From positions 496,001 through 560,000 of the forward strand of contig JAWMAR010000820.1 in the NCBI GenBank assembly GCA_036785375.1: a stretch of DNA of 64,000 nt. The letters are read 5' to 3'. Origin of the DNA: Leucoraja ocellata. Its lineage: Eukaryota. The notes under the pieces are model-generated. The model was not told where the DNA came from and ran no database searches. It worked only from the letters and a program-made list of their open reading frames with translations. Shown piece after piece: positions 49,916-60,860 of the stretch. The number at the start of each line of letters is the position of its first letter. The first letter of the stretch is position 1. The translations under genes were made by a program, and so were the position numbers.

Positions 49916-50110
49916 AAATGGACACAAAATGCTAGAGTAACTCAGCGGATCAGGTAACAACTCTGGAGAAAAGTCTGAAAAAGGGTTCTGACCCAAAACG
50001 TCACCTATTCCTTTTCTCCGGCAATGCTGCCTGCCCTGCTGAGATGCTCCAGCATTTTGTGTCTATCTTCTGTGTAAACCAACATCTGCAGTTCTTTCCT
50101 ACACACTCAT
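49916..50110 (+). mobile_element. Hammerhead-core element with inverted 5' duplication and 10-bp TSD
   Basis: AAATGCCATT at 49906-49915 and 50111-50120. Inverted tail at 49921-49972, then core CTGAAAA-AGGGT-TCTG-ACCC-AAAA-CG-TC (49975-50002) and the tail. Confidence 0.85.
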
Positions 50111-51758
50111 AAATGCCATTTATGTGTTAACATTTGCTTGTGGGGAAATGGTCAGCAACAAGAGTGCTGGTGACTTTCCTCCACTCTTCACCCAACCATC
50201 TCCTCCCTTCTTATCCCAGGAAGCACTGTCTGCAAATCCGGGGCCACATTAATGTTTTGCCTCAGTTAAGCCATGGTGAGAGCTAAAAATGGCATGTGAT
50301 AGTAAGTGACTGGGCTGCTGATTTTAGCCATATTTTTGTGTTTCATGTGATAATGCAGACACTGCCCTGCAGCTATTTATATCACCAAGAGGTTAATTTT
50401 TTTTTAAATTCTATGGTACATATTTAAAAAGGTATTCTTTTAATAAAGGATATAATACAAGGGGCATTTTTAAATTAGTCAACAAAAAAAGCAAATATTT
50501 GAGGTCAAAGTATCTGAATTTTATTCACTCGGCTTTATATTTCCACTATCAGAAAAAGTGTGCTAATATTTGGACCACACCCTGGTGCAAGAATCAATTC
50601 AGCCTGGCAAATTCTCCCACTGATAAAGTATTTGTTAACTTGTGCAGAACCTTTTGCAAAGAGACTGATTATCTGACCCTTGTGTAGTGGCCCCTCTAAG
50701 TAGGAGGCAGAGAAGCCAGATAGATTTACTTGCTATTGTTCCATTGTCAGAAATTTCTACCTCTCAGTGCTTAGTAGGTGGCACAAACAAATGTGATGAA
50801 TGGGGAAAATCTAATTATGTCGAAGGAGATTAATAGCCTATCCAAGCTGCAAATACAAGCGTTTCTATGTGTGATATCTGAGAAAGTGAGAAAGAAAAGT
50901 GGTGCGAAATTAAGCATCAACCTATTTTAAAACACAGAATGCTAATTAATTTTGCAATTCTCTTTTTGTAGACACATACAAATATGTAATTTGTGCTATT
51001 CTTGTGCTTCTTCATGGTAGAAATGTATGTTGGGCAGTGCTGGGAAATCACACCAAACACCTGCTCCCTGCAGCATCCAATATTTAATTGCAATGAATGC
51101 AAAATAAATATCTGCATTGTATATAATAAGCAGTCAGCTCGGTTTCTAACACTGCCTGAGACAAATGGCTATCCTGGGTTTGAAGACTCTAGCCATACCA
51201 CAGAATTACTAGTTTTAATAAATGAGGGTGATACACTATCGACCAGCTAGGGTGTACAGAGATCTCATCCTGAAGAATCTCTCTGTCCCTTTCTTTCAAA
51301 TGGTATATAACAGTGTCACTAGTCATAATTTAAATCGCATTTGTTATCTATTATTTTTTGGAAATATTTGCATTTGCATGAAAAATAAATGTGCACATAC
51401 TGTAAGTGCTTAATAAATGTGATTGGTGTTAATAATTCAAGAGAGTATTCAGCAATAATTATTCAGCCATCAGTTTACTTGTTAATCCATCTCTAGTTCC
51501 TTCTCCAATGGAGAAGTCAACTGTGTATGCTTTCCTCCATATAATGAATTACATTTCAATTACAATTTTCCTATCAGGAAGTGTACTTAACAATACTGAA
51601 CAAGTGTTGTTGTATTATCTGAAATGTAACATAGACAGTTTAGCACATCCTCACTTGACATTAGTGGACTAGCACTGGGCCAGCACGTGCTGGTTGGCTT
51701 TGGCTGGTTTAAATGCCATACGCACCTCAGCGAATCAATCTGCCAAATCAATAAATGG

Positions 51759-51788
51759 CGTTGAGTTACTCCTTTTTGTGTCTATCTT
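51759..51788 (+). mobile_element. 30-bp 3' stub of the hammerhead-core family with ~15-bp TSD
   Basis: gttgagttactcctttttgtgtctatctt, flanked by caaatc(a/c)ataaatgg at 51744-51758 and 51789-51803. Confidence 0.6.
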
Positions 51789-53755
51789 CAAATCCATAAA
51801 TGGAATAGGCAGACTTTCTTTTGTATGTCGTGCAAATCAACCAGTATTCAAATCTTGTTTGTTTGTGTTATGTCTAAAGACAATTCTTTAATGTATTTTG
51901 AATGCATCGAAGAAATGTATCTGTTCCATATGTACAATATACCATAGGTTCATACAGTGGTTTGTGCAGATTTAATTCCTCTTAGCCTAGCACTGTTAAA
52001 AATTGTACATTTTGTTTGTATTGTCTTTAAACAAAGAAAAATATGTTGGTTTGGGAATCTCATGTCTAATCGCTAGACTGCAATGCCTGAAAATGCATAC
52101 CCATTGATATTGGTGAATGATAGGATCTAACACATCCAAACAGTCTGGTTACTTGACAACACCTACTGGAAAAAATTAAATGGGTACATTATTGTTTTTA
52201 AGCTTTAAGTGTTAATGATTTGTTTCTCCTGTTGAACAAAATTGTGGTGAAACTGAGATAAATTCCCACTCTAAAGTAGTTTTATTACAACCAACCTTTC
52301 CAATATAATGGGTTAATGCTTTGATTTAAAGACTAGTAGCTACCAGTGATCAGGTCCAATGTTGCGTGTGTAGCAGAGGCACTCTTCTTGCTTTATTTCA
52401 TGATTTATTTCCAGACATGAACAAGAAGAGTAGGAGGATCAGGAGAAATGTTAAGCAGAATGAGCTTCGTTGTGGTGTTAACTGTGGGGCTTCAAGTCCG
52501 GAGTCAGTTGTTAGTAGATGATTGATATATGCAAAAGTTCTTTTTTTTTAATGGAAGATAAGGTAGCAGGAACAATGGATCACTAAACCATGTTATGACC
52601 TGATGAATCATAATGTTGAATGTATTCAAACTCAATATCTTGTGCTTTTAGTGGTGTTGCTTCAGAGGATACACGCCAAAGTGATTAACTGTTGCTAACA
52701 ACCATATCAGTAATTCCTGGCACACCTTTTTGCAAAATGTACAGCGGAAGAGTAGTGAGTGAAATTGTTCTGTGTTGGTGGCATGGAATAGGCCATAATG
52801 AATGAGAAGTACATTTTATACTGCAGGCAAAAATTGTTTGAGTCTATAAATATATACAGCCAATTTATCATTAACCCTTCTTGCATGCCATTGACAAATA
52901 GTTTTAATGTCTTCACAATGGTAAAGCCAACAGGAAGCTGGATAACAGACTCCAATTAACATCTACAATTCCTCTGGAGTAAAAAGATTGCAGATCCATT
53001 ACAAATAATGATCATTGATTACAGCTCTACTGGCATGAGGAAATGTTTATCTTTAAGGGGTGATCAGTTATTGGTACCACTACCAAAATGCCCCAAATTA
53101 TAAAGTTTACTCTTCCAATTTTAAGCACTAATTAAAAATAGAAACAATCATATTTCTAATATAATTATGAGAATAATTGTAGCACTTTTCACCAGTGGCA
53201 TGGGATACTAACTATTCAAAAGTTGCAGAGTATAATAATTCTTATTTCTATCTGTTTCCACTTTTCTATGGTTGATTTCATTAGTAGCTCAGGCAACCAT
53301 GTTTCATACGAGATCTAAATTCTTATTAATAATCAATTACAACAATAATCAATTGCTGCACAATTTGGAGGCACCCTGTACATGAATGTTCTCTCCATTA
53401 GTATTAGGATTGGCCAACATACCAAATAATTCTTAAAGGGTTACTAAAATAATTATAAATTAACTCACACCTGAAGAGCCAGTATAATGCTAACAGTTTG
53501 TCAATGGTATTGTCAATCTGGTCTCCAATTATTTGGGCTAATCAGTGGATTGTTCAGACAGAAATCTTTTGTTTTTGTCCACAGTTTGTTAATGAAAAGT
53601 AGTTGCCAGTCACTGGTTTTATGCATGTGACATAGGTAATATAGTATTGATCAGTATAATTTTGGTAGACGCTGCTTTTCTTGAGAATGGATTTTTACAG
53701 TGTTGTGGCCCTGTGTAGGAGGCAATATATTCACATCTATCTGTTTCAATTGCAG

Positions 53756-53934
53756 GTGAAAAACCATACAAGTGTACATGGGATGGTTGCGATTGGCGCT
53801 TTGCTCGTTCTGATGAACTTACAAGACACTACAGAAAGCACACGGGAGCTAAACCTTTCAAGTGTATTGCCTGTGGTCGTTGCTTTTCACGTTCAGATCA
53901 CTTGGCTCTTCACATGAAGCGACACCAGAACTAG
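53756..53934 (+). CDS. KLF5: KLF5/KLF5-like last coding exon: zinc fingers 2 and 3 and stop
   Basis: Acceptor ttgcag|. Encodes [58 protein letters not shown]. The GAKPF linker and HMKRHQN* end are KLF5-type. TAG at 53932-53934. Confidence 0.97.
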
Positions 53935-54429
53935 ACCAAGTGGCACATGTGTGACGGACTGATTTCTAAAATATACAGATGAACAAAGTACTGCCATTTC
54001 ACACGTAGAAGTACAGGAGATGAATAGCTGCATCATTTTGAAAGGATATATTGTTAGTAGCAAAAGGTTGTTTAACTGGAAAATGATTATTGAAAGCATT
54101 CAATTCACAGAAAAAGTAAATGTTGTATTATTTATTTGTATTTCCTGAAAGCAAGCTTGAAATGTTGTAGAAAACATGATGAGTATGTTGAAGAATAACA
54201 ATACATTTCTATTCAATGTATGAATTAAATTGTTGGAATGTGAACTTGGAATTTGATTAGCTAATAGTCATGGTTAAATAGCCAGATAATTAAGGGATGA
54301 GACAGCACCCGATGCACCTACAGCCTGGAAATGACTGAGAGCAGTGTTATCATACAACTAACATTATCTGACCTTAGCATCCCCTCCACTTTTTATTAAC
54401 AGAAAAGTTTAATTGTTTTGAAAATAAGA

Positions 54430-55370
54430 TGTCATCCAGTGAAGAGAGGAGTTTAATGAGAAAGATACAGAGAAGCTCCAGGTTGAATTGGACAGGTTGA
54501 AAGAGTGGTTAGATATGTGGCAGATGCTGTATAATATTGATCACTATGACCTTCTCCAGTTTGGTGGCAAAACGTAAAAGCAGATTATCTGAATAACGCT
54601 AGACTTGGAAAGGTGGTAATATGGTGAGCTCGGAATATTTTCGGTGCCATTTGCTGAAGTAAGCTTGCAGGTGCAGTAGGCGATTAAGATGACTACTTAT
54701 ACGCTCCTTCATTGTGAGAGGATATATAGAGCCTTGGTGAGACGATATCTGTGTGCAGTTTCGGAGTCCTTATCTGAGGAAGGATGTTCTTTCAATGCAG
54801 ACTGTTCAGCAAATGTTTACCAGGCTGATTCCTGGAACGGTCGGGCTGACAAATGAAGTATGGGTCCACTAGAGTTTAGTATAATGAGAGAAGATCTGAT
54901 AGAAACCCATACAATTCAAACAATTTTGGACAGATTAGATTGCAAGAAAGATGCTCCCAATAGCAGTCTGGGGGTCACAATCTAAGGTTAAGCCACTGCA
55001 ATAAGAAACGTCCTCCACAGGGTTCTGACAATGCAGAGTTTTCTGCAACAGAAAATAATTGAAATCAAAACATAAAATTTATACAGTGTATACAGGAACA
55101 AGGATGAAAAGGATTTAGAGGGATATGGGCCAAATAGATGGGGCAGCTTGGTTGGCATGGACAAGTTGAGCCAACCGGCCTGGTTCCATGCTCTAAGACT
55201 CTATGACAGTGAGGAGTTAGATATTGTTTATCACACACGAGGGATTGAGGCATATGGGAAGAAAGCTCGAAACAGTTACCACATTAGGAGGATCGCAATG
55301 ATCATATTGAATGGCAGAGGAGACTGGAAAGATTGAATAACCTGCTCATCTTTTTATATGTTTCTAATAT
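54430..55370 (+). mobile_element. Decayed CR1-type LINE 3' part with a nested second CR1 tail
   Basis: tggcagatgctgtataat, gagccttggtgagac, tttaccaggctgattcctgg; tails at about 55200 and 55365. Confidence 0.75.
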
Positions 55371-57669
55371 GAAAATGTTAAGATGTTTGGACAGTCATCT
55401 GCCCCTCCCTGGGTGAATGGCCTGTCCTGAAGGGAGCTCTGCTGAGAGAATCTATGCCAGAAAATTGAAACTATATCCATCGATTACACACAGAGCACTG
55501 GACTACAGAATTGCCCCTGAACAGTTAATAAATGGAGTGTGTATACATTAAACTTTCATGTAATTTAGCCATTTATCGGTTTATTTTGGCAAAAACAATA
55601 TATTAAGGACATCAGGGAAGATAAATAGAATCAGATGTCATTCATATAATCAAAGATAAGGCACCTCATTTTAGATAACGGCAATGCTCACATTGACATG
55701 GTTTGCCTGCAACTAATGTACAATGGGTCGATTCAGGAGAGCTTCTCTTGTCAACTCTGCATTCTTTCATGCGATTTGAATGGCTGTGACTATCCCAGGC
55801 TTTACATCACACCTGAGACTTAATTCCTTGCTTATATTTTAGAAAATAATGTTAGTGAGTTTCTCCAACAATTATTATTGTGGTAAAAGTTGAGAAAGAT
55901 GTCACAGTTAGCAACTTACAATACAATACGGTTTATTTGTCACATTACACATAAAGTGCAAGTGAAATGAACGCCGGGATTAATTCCTGCTAAATATTAG
56001 CTCTTTGTTTTGTGCCAAGACTTGCTTAAAATATGATGTTACTTTTTTATTATTTTGGTGTATATGAACTGCTGAATATTAACTGCATTGACAAGGGCCA
56101 TTTGAATATGGACAATTTGCCTTAAATACACATGTCCTCTACTGATCATTGTGGGACAAGGAATTTTTAGAAAGCATTGGATTTAATGCATGCTAGAAAT
56201 AGCTTTTTATTATAACTACTAATGGCCATTGGCTAATCAAACTATTGTAACCTCATGAATTGAAGCACTATGTGGGATTTGCATCCAACTATTTCTATGC
56301 TGACTATTGTAATATTGTTAAAGATTTTAAATCATTTCTACATTCTGATTTTGTTCAAGGATAATTTGATCTCTTTAAATGTTCCTGCTATTTTAAATAC
56401 CAGTTAGCTAGCTTTAACATTGATCGTTTGAAATTTGTCATGACACTGAACTGATCAACATCATGATTAATACATTTATTCACTAGCAAAATTACACACA
56501 TGCCCCTCAGGTAATCGTGACACTGCTTTAACCAGGTTTAACTGGATGCTCACATATACATAACGTATGTCTCTGTGGACATATCCTAATATTTTTCAGC
56601 ACTTCATTTCTCCAAAAAAAACTTAATGGAAAATATTAGAAATTATATACTATATGGATATCTAATAAATTGCCGTAAGTAAACTGAAAATACATTAATG
56701 ACGTGCTTCTAACACTGTATTATTTTTTTAAAGTACACACATTGTTGATCATGTTTGTAAATGTGTAACATACTGCAGTTATCAAAGTTTCTGAAAGTGA
56801 GAAGAGAGTAGATCAGGTTGTATGAAAGTGAGAATCAAAATGGAGGGATTTGGGGGGAATGAGTGAAAAGACCCGTTTTCACTCGCCTTTACCCTTCCCC
56901 AATCCAAAATGGACCCATTATAAAGGAAGTTGATTCCGAGGCAATTTAGCTGCTTTTGGCCTGGACATGAAAAATGGCTCTTTAGATGAGGGCGACTGCC
57001 AAGTAAGGGACCCTGTGTCAGGTCAGACTTTCAAGCGAGGAAATGGGATAATTATAGAAGAAACATCAATTTTAATGAATCAACTTACAGAGAAAGTGAT
57101 AGGGTTTAGACAGACCTCAACGTTAGTAACAACACTGATAACATTAATTGAATGATCAGCCATTTGGATTGCTTTCAATTAAGATAATTAGCATAGATAA
57201 GCTGGATTAGGGAGTAAAGAGCAAAAATTCCTCAACCCATATGAAAGATTGCAAAAGATGACATTTGGGGGCACTTAATGTATAATTAGCCAACTAAATC
57301 CACATCCATTCGATGTTACACAAGAAGCATGCAGCGTGATTATTACTGTTGAGTTGTGTGCCATTGGATGAAAGGTTTACAACTTGTGGAACGACGTTTA
57401 TCTTTTTTTTTATCAAGTACCCAAAGAAACAATGGCATGTAAATATTGGGATATTTTGCATTGTATATAATTTTTATAAGTTGTTAAAATAATGTTTATA
57501 TTCAGAACAAACGGGAAGAAAATGGTGGTAGTTTTAATCTGTTATCACGTATTTTTTATAATGTAGCATTTCACAGAATCAAAAGAATTAATGTTTTGAA
57601 ATAAATCTTATATACAGTGATTTGGGATTTTGTTAAGATCTATATTGTACAATATGAGAAAAGGAACAA

Positions 57670-57675
57670 AATAAA
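57670..57675 (+). terminator. Candidate distal polyadenylation signal AATAAA
   Basis: AATAAA with an upstream TGTA and downstream T/GT-rich sequence. A second AATAAA lies at 57600-57605. Confidence 0.4.
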
Positions 57676-57979
57676 AACTGTTTATAGTTTGAACTGTAAT
57701 CCGTCAATGAGTCTGAGTAATTCATTCTGTGTTGATGTTTCTATATGGGTTAATAGCGTTAGAAGCAAATGGCATATATCAGGGTACTTAAAATGTTACA
57801 CTTTGGACAATACACCAGACTGGACCAGGGAGAAGAAGGAGTGACTGTGATGGGACAAGTCATTGATTAATTTGGATGCCTCACCGAGGAGTCGGCGGTG
57901 GGGGGTCTGGTCTATGTGATAGGTTGCGCTACATCTACAACTCTCATGTGAGTTCATGTGGTCTTGGGCAGTTGTTCCC

Positions 57980-58430
57980 AAACTAGGCTGTGATGCAAGC
58001 AGACAGAATATTTTTTTTTATGCTGCATGCATAGAGGTTTGTAGGAGTTACTGGCGACATGCTGAATTTCCTCAGTTTCTTCAGGGAGTAGAGTTGTTGG
58101 TGTGTCTTCTTCGCTGACACATCAATATGGTTGGTCCATGACAGGTTGTTGGTAATATTAATGCCACACAACTGGCCACTCTCAGCCATTCCCACTTGGG
58201 CACCATTGATGCTGATGTACTCTACCACGTTTCCTGGAGGCGATTACCAGCTCCTTTTGCTGAGATTGTTATCCTGACACCTTGTTACAACGTTCAGTCT
58301 CGTTATTGTTCATGATTCAGCCCACTACAGTGGTGTCCTCTGCAAACCAATAGATGAATTTGCTGATTGAGAACACATCTGTGGTTCGGAAAGTAGTGGA
58401 TCCAGTGGCAGAGCGGAGTGCTGATTCTTA
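57980..58430 (-). mobile_element. Rex1/Babar LINE remnant
   Basis: ORF 57983-58228: NITNNLSWTNHID..AKKTHQQLYSLKKLRKF. Confidence 0.75.
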
Positions 58431-59477
58431 GGCAGTAGAGTTTGGACATCGTTTCGGTCGTCGCTCCGATCATTGCTGCAGTCGTCTGTGGCGAGGTTGT
58501 TTGGCGGGTGCATAGGGCGCGTGCAGCTCCCCGGGACACTCCCACCATGCATGCAGCTCCCCGACATCATCATGCATATCTATCCCTTGTATTACTTTGA
58601 TATCCAATGCATTATTGGTCAAATTGATTAGAATTCAGATGGTGGAGTTGGACTACCCACATGTCAGTTGGAGGATTTAAATTTAAGTATATGAGTGGTA
58701 AAGCTAGTTATTAGCTATTACAGTCACCATGAAACTATGGACTTTGCTTCAGTAAAGGATATCTCCCACACTTACCAAGTCTGACCTTGCTCTGATTTCA
58801 AGTGCACTTCACTTACTGAATGGACAAACAGGCAACAATTCATGGTGAATTAGAGTGGGAATGATCACATCCCATGAAGAAATAAATTTAAAATCCAGGC
58901 TTCGATTCATAGAATCATAGAATGGTTAAAGCACAGGAGGAGGAGATTCAGTTGGCTCATCCACACCTCATCGCCTCATCACCAGAGTGATTCTCCAGAT
59001 CCACCCACTGGCCCTTTCTCAGTATTTTTGCAAATCTTCCTTTACCATATGCAATAACAAATCTCCAGAAATCACATCTCACTGCTTGGGTCAAGTACTG
59101 CTATTATGTTCAATGAAGCTAACATCACCTTTGTTGAGACAATGATCACTTTCTTCCACTGTGATATGAACCATTTGATGTCAGAATTCATCAGAACCCA
59201 AACTGAACATGCTAGTGAACAGTGTTGTTTTATGAATGATTAGGAGTTTGATTGCACAGTGTTTTTTGTCAAGTTTGTTTGTGTGGACACACCTGAGCAG
59301 TTTCTATTGGCTCAGGAAGGTACCAGCAGCATTGCTGTTCCAGAGCACCTTGATTTACAGGAGCAGCTATTTTTTTTTATATAGCATGAGCTTTTGATCT
59401 TTATTGAACCCCTAATAATAAGCAAGTATAAACATTGATTTATCTAATCCCAAGTAATTCATGGAGTCCCTCTCTTC

Positions 59478-59553
59478 CCTCGAAAAACATCACATCCATT
59501 TTCTCCAGAGATGCTACCTGACCCATTGAGTTACACCAGAACTTTGTGCCTAT
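59478..59553 (+). mobile_element. Hammerhead-core family tail fragment
   Basis: ttctccagagatgctacctgacccattgagttacaccagaactttgtg. Confidence 0.6.
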
Positions 59554-60224
59554 ATTCTTTCACTTGAACTTTCCTTGTGACATCTCCTGCTCTGCCATTT
59601 ATCCGCATCATCTGTTGTTAAAGTTTTCGGATTAACGACTCAAATCTGCACCCCTTAGCTTAGCTCTGAACGTTAAAAGCAAACAAGATCAAAGCCAAGT
59701 ATGTTATTAGATTACTATTATTGAATGAACATGATTGTTAAATTGAAACTTCGGAGTTAATTCCCCTCCTGGAGTTAAGTTGGTCGGCACTATATATTTA
59801 CAAAATGAACCAACACAAAAGCAAGTTAATAATAAAGAGGAACTGGAACATTATCTGAAAGAAAATTATGTTTTTGTTATCAGGTTACTGGCAATTAATA
59901 CAATGATAATAAATCTGATACTTTTGTTGTTAACAAAAGTCTCAGTTGGCTAGGGTTTGTTCACCTCATTTAGATGTAGCAACTTATTTTTTTAACAGTC
60001 TTCTCCACAAAACAGAGATCACGTCAGTATCTAATTAGAAAATCCTGGGGATATTTAATCTACAAAGAGTAATTTTAGCTTGATATCTAAATGGATCACA
60101 TTATGGCATCCTAGAACCCTGAAATCCAATTCATTATACAACGTTGTTACTTTCTGGCATAGTTAATGCACAATAACCACTAATAATCTGTCTATCAATT
60201 ACTTTCCAGCTTTATTGATAGTGG

Positions 60225-60460
60225 GGTCATGAATCAGAAAGTTGTAGGTTCAAGTCTAACTACAGGATTTTAGTACATAATATGGATGAGCAAATTAGTG
60301 CAACACTGCGGGAGGGAGGGCTGCCTGGCCAATGCTTTCTTTTTGATATCTTTGGTGGACATAAAACATTTAATGGGACTGTTATGGAGATAGGAATTGT
60401 CTGAGCATCTAACTAACATTACCAAAATAATTTAATTGGTCACATACTTTTATTGTTTTT
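60225..60460 (+). mobile_element. Ancient Deu-domain-type SINE remnant
   Basis: gaatcagaaagttgtaggttcaagtc...gtgcaacactgcgggag...ggtggacataaaa. Confidence 0.5.
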
Positions 60461-60786
60461 GTTTCTAGAGGTTCACAGCTTATTTGTCTTTTATATCCCA
60501 CGATACAATTGGGAAAGTTTAAGTATATTGACGTTTGGTGGCAAAATGTATTAATTAGCAATCAAGATAGAGAATTTAAATTTAATTAATTAAATAATTC
60601 TGCTCCAATGGGCTATATCTGTGCAACTAACACTGCGTGATCTATGTACAGTAAATCAGGTTGAACAACAGGAGAATCTTCGGTCATCTATGAAACTACT
60701 AAGATTGAACTGTAACAGAAAAATTAAAATAGTTGCAGACTACAGCTCTAAAACCAGGATACAATTCCTGAAATCCAACATAATAC

Positions 60787-60796
60787 TATCTATCTG

Positions 60797-60840
<44 letters not shown>

Positions 60841-60860
60841 GCTATCTAGCTATTTATCTA
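60787..60860. repeat. (TATC)n microsatellite at the Helitron 5' end
   Basis: Direct reading. Confidence 0.92.

Larger units (their letters stand above)
53935..57700 (+). other. Putative long 3'UTR of the KLF5-type gene
   Basis: Follows the stop codon. miR-145 seed matches at 54074 and 56540, Pumilio elements at 57438 and 57462, AATAAA at 57600 and 57670. The true end is uncertain because earlier ATTAAA/AATAAA signals exist. Confidence 0.45.
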
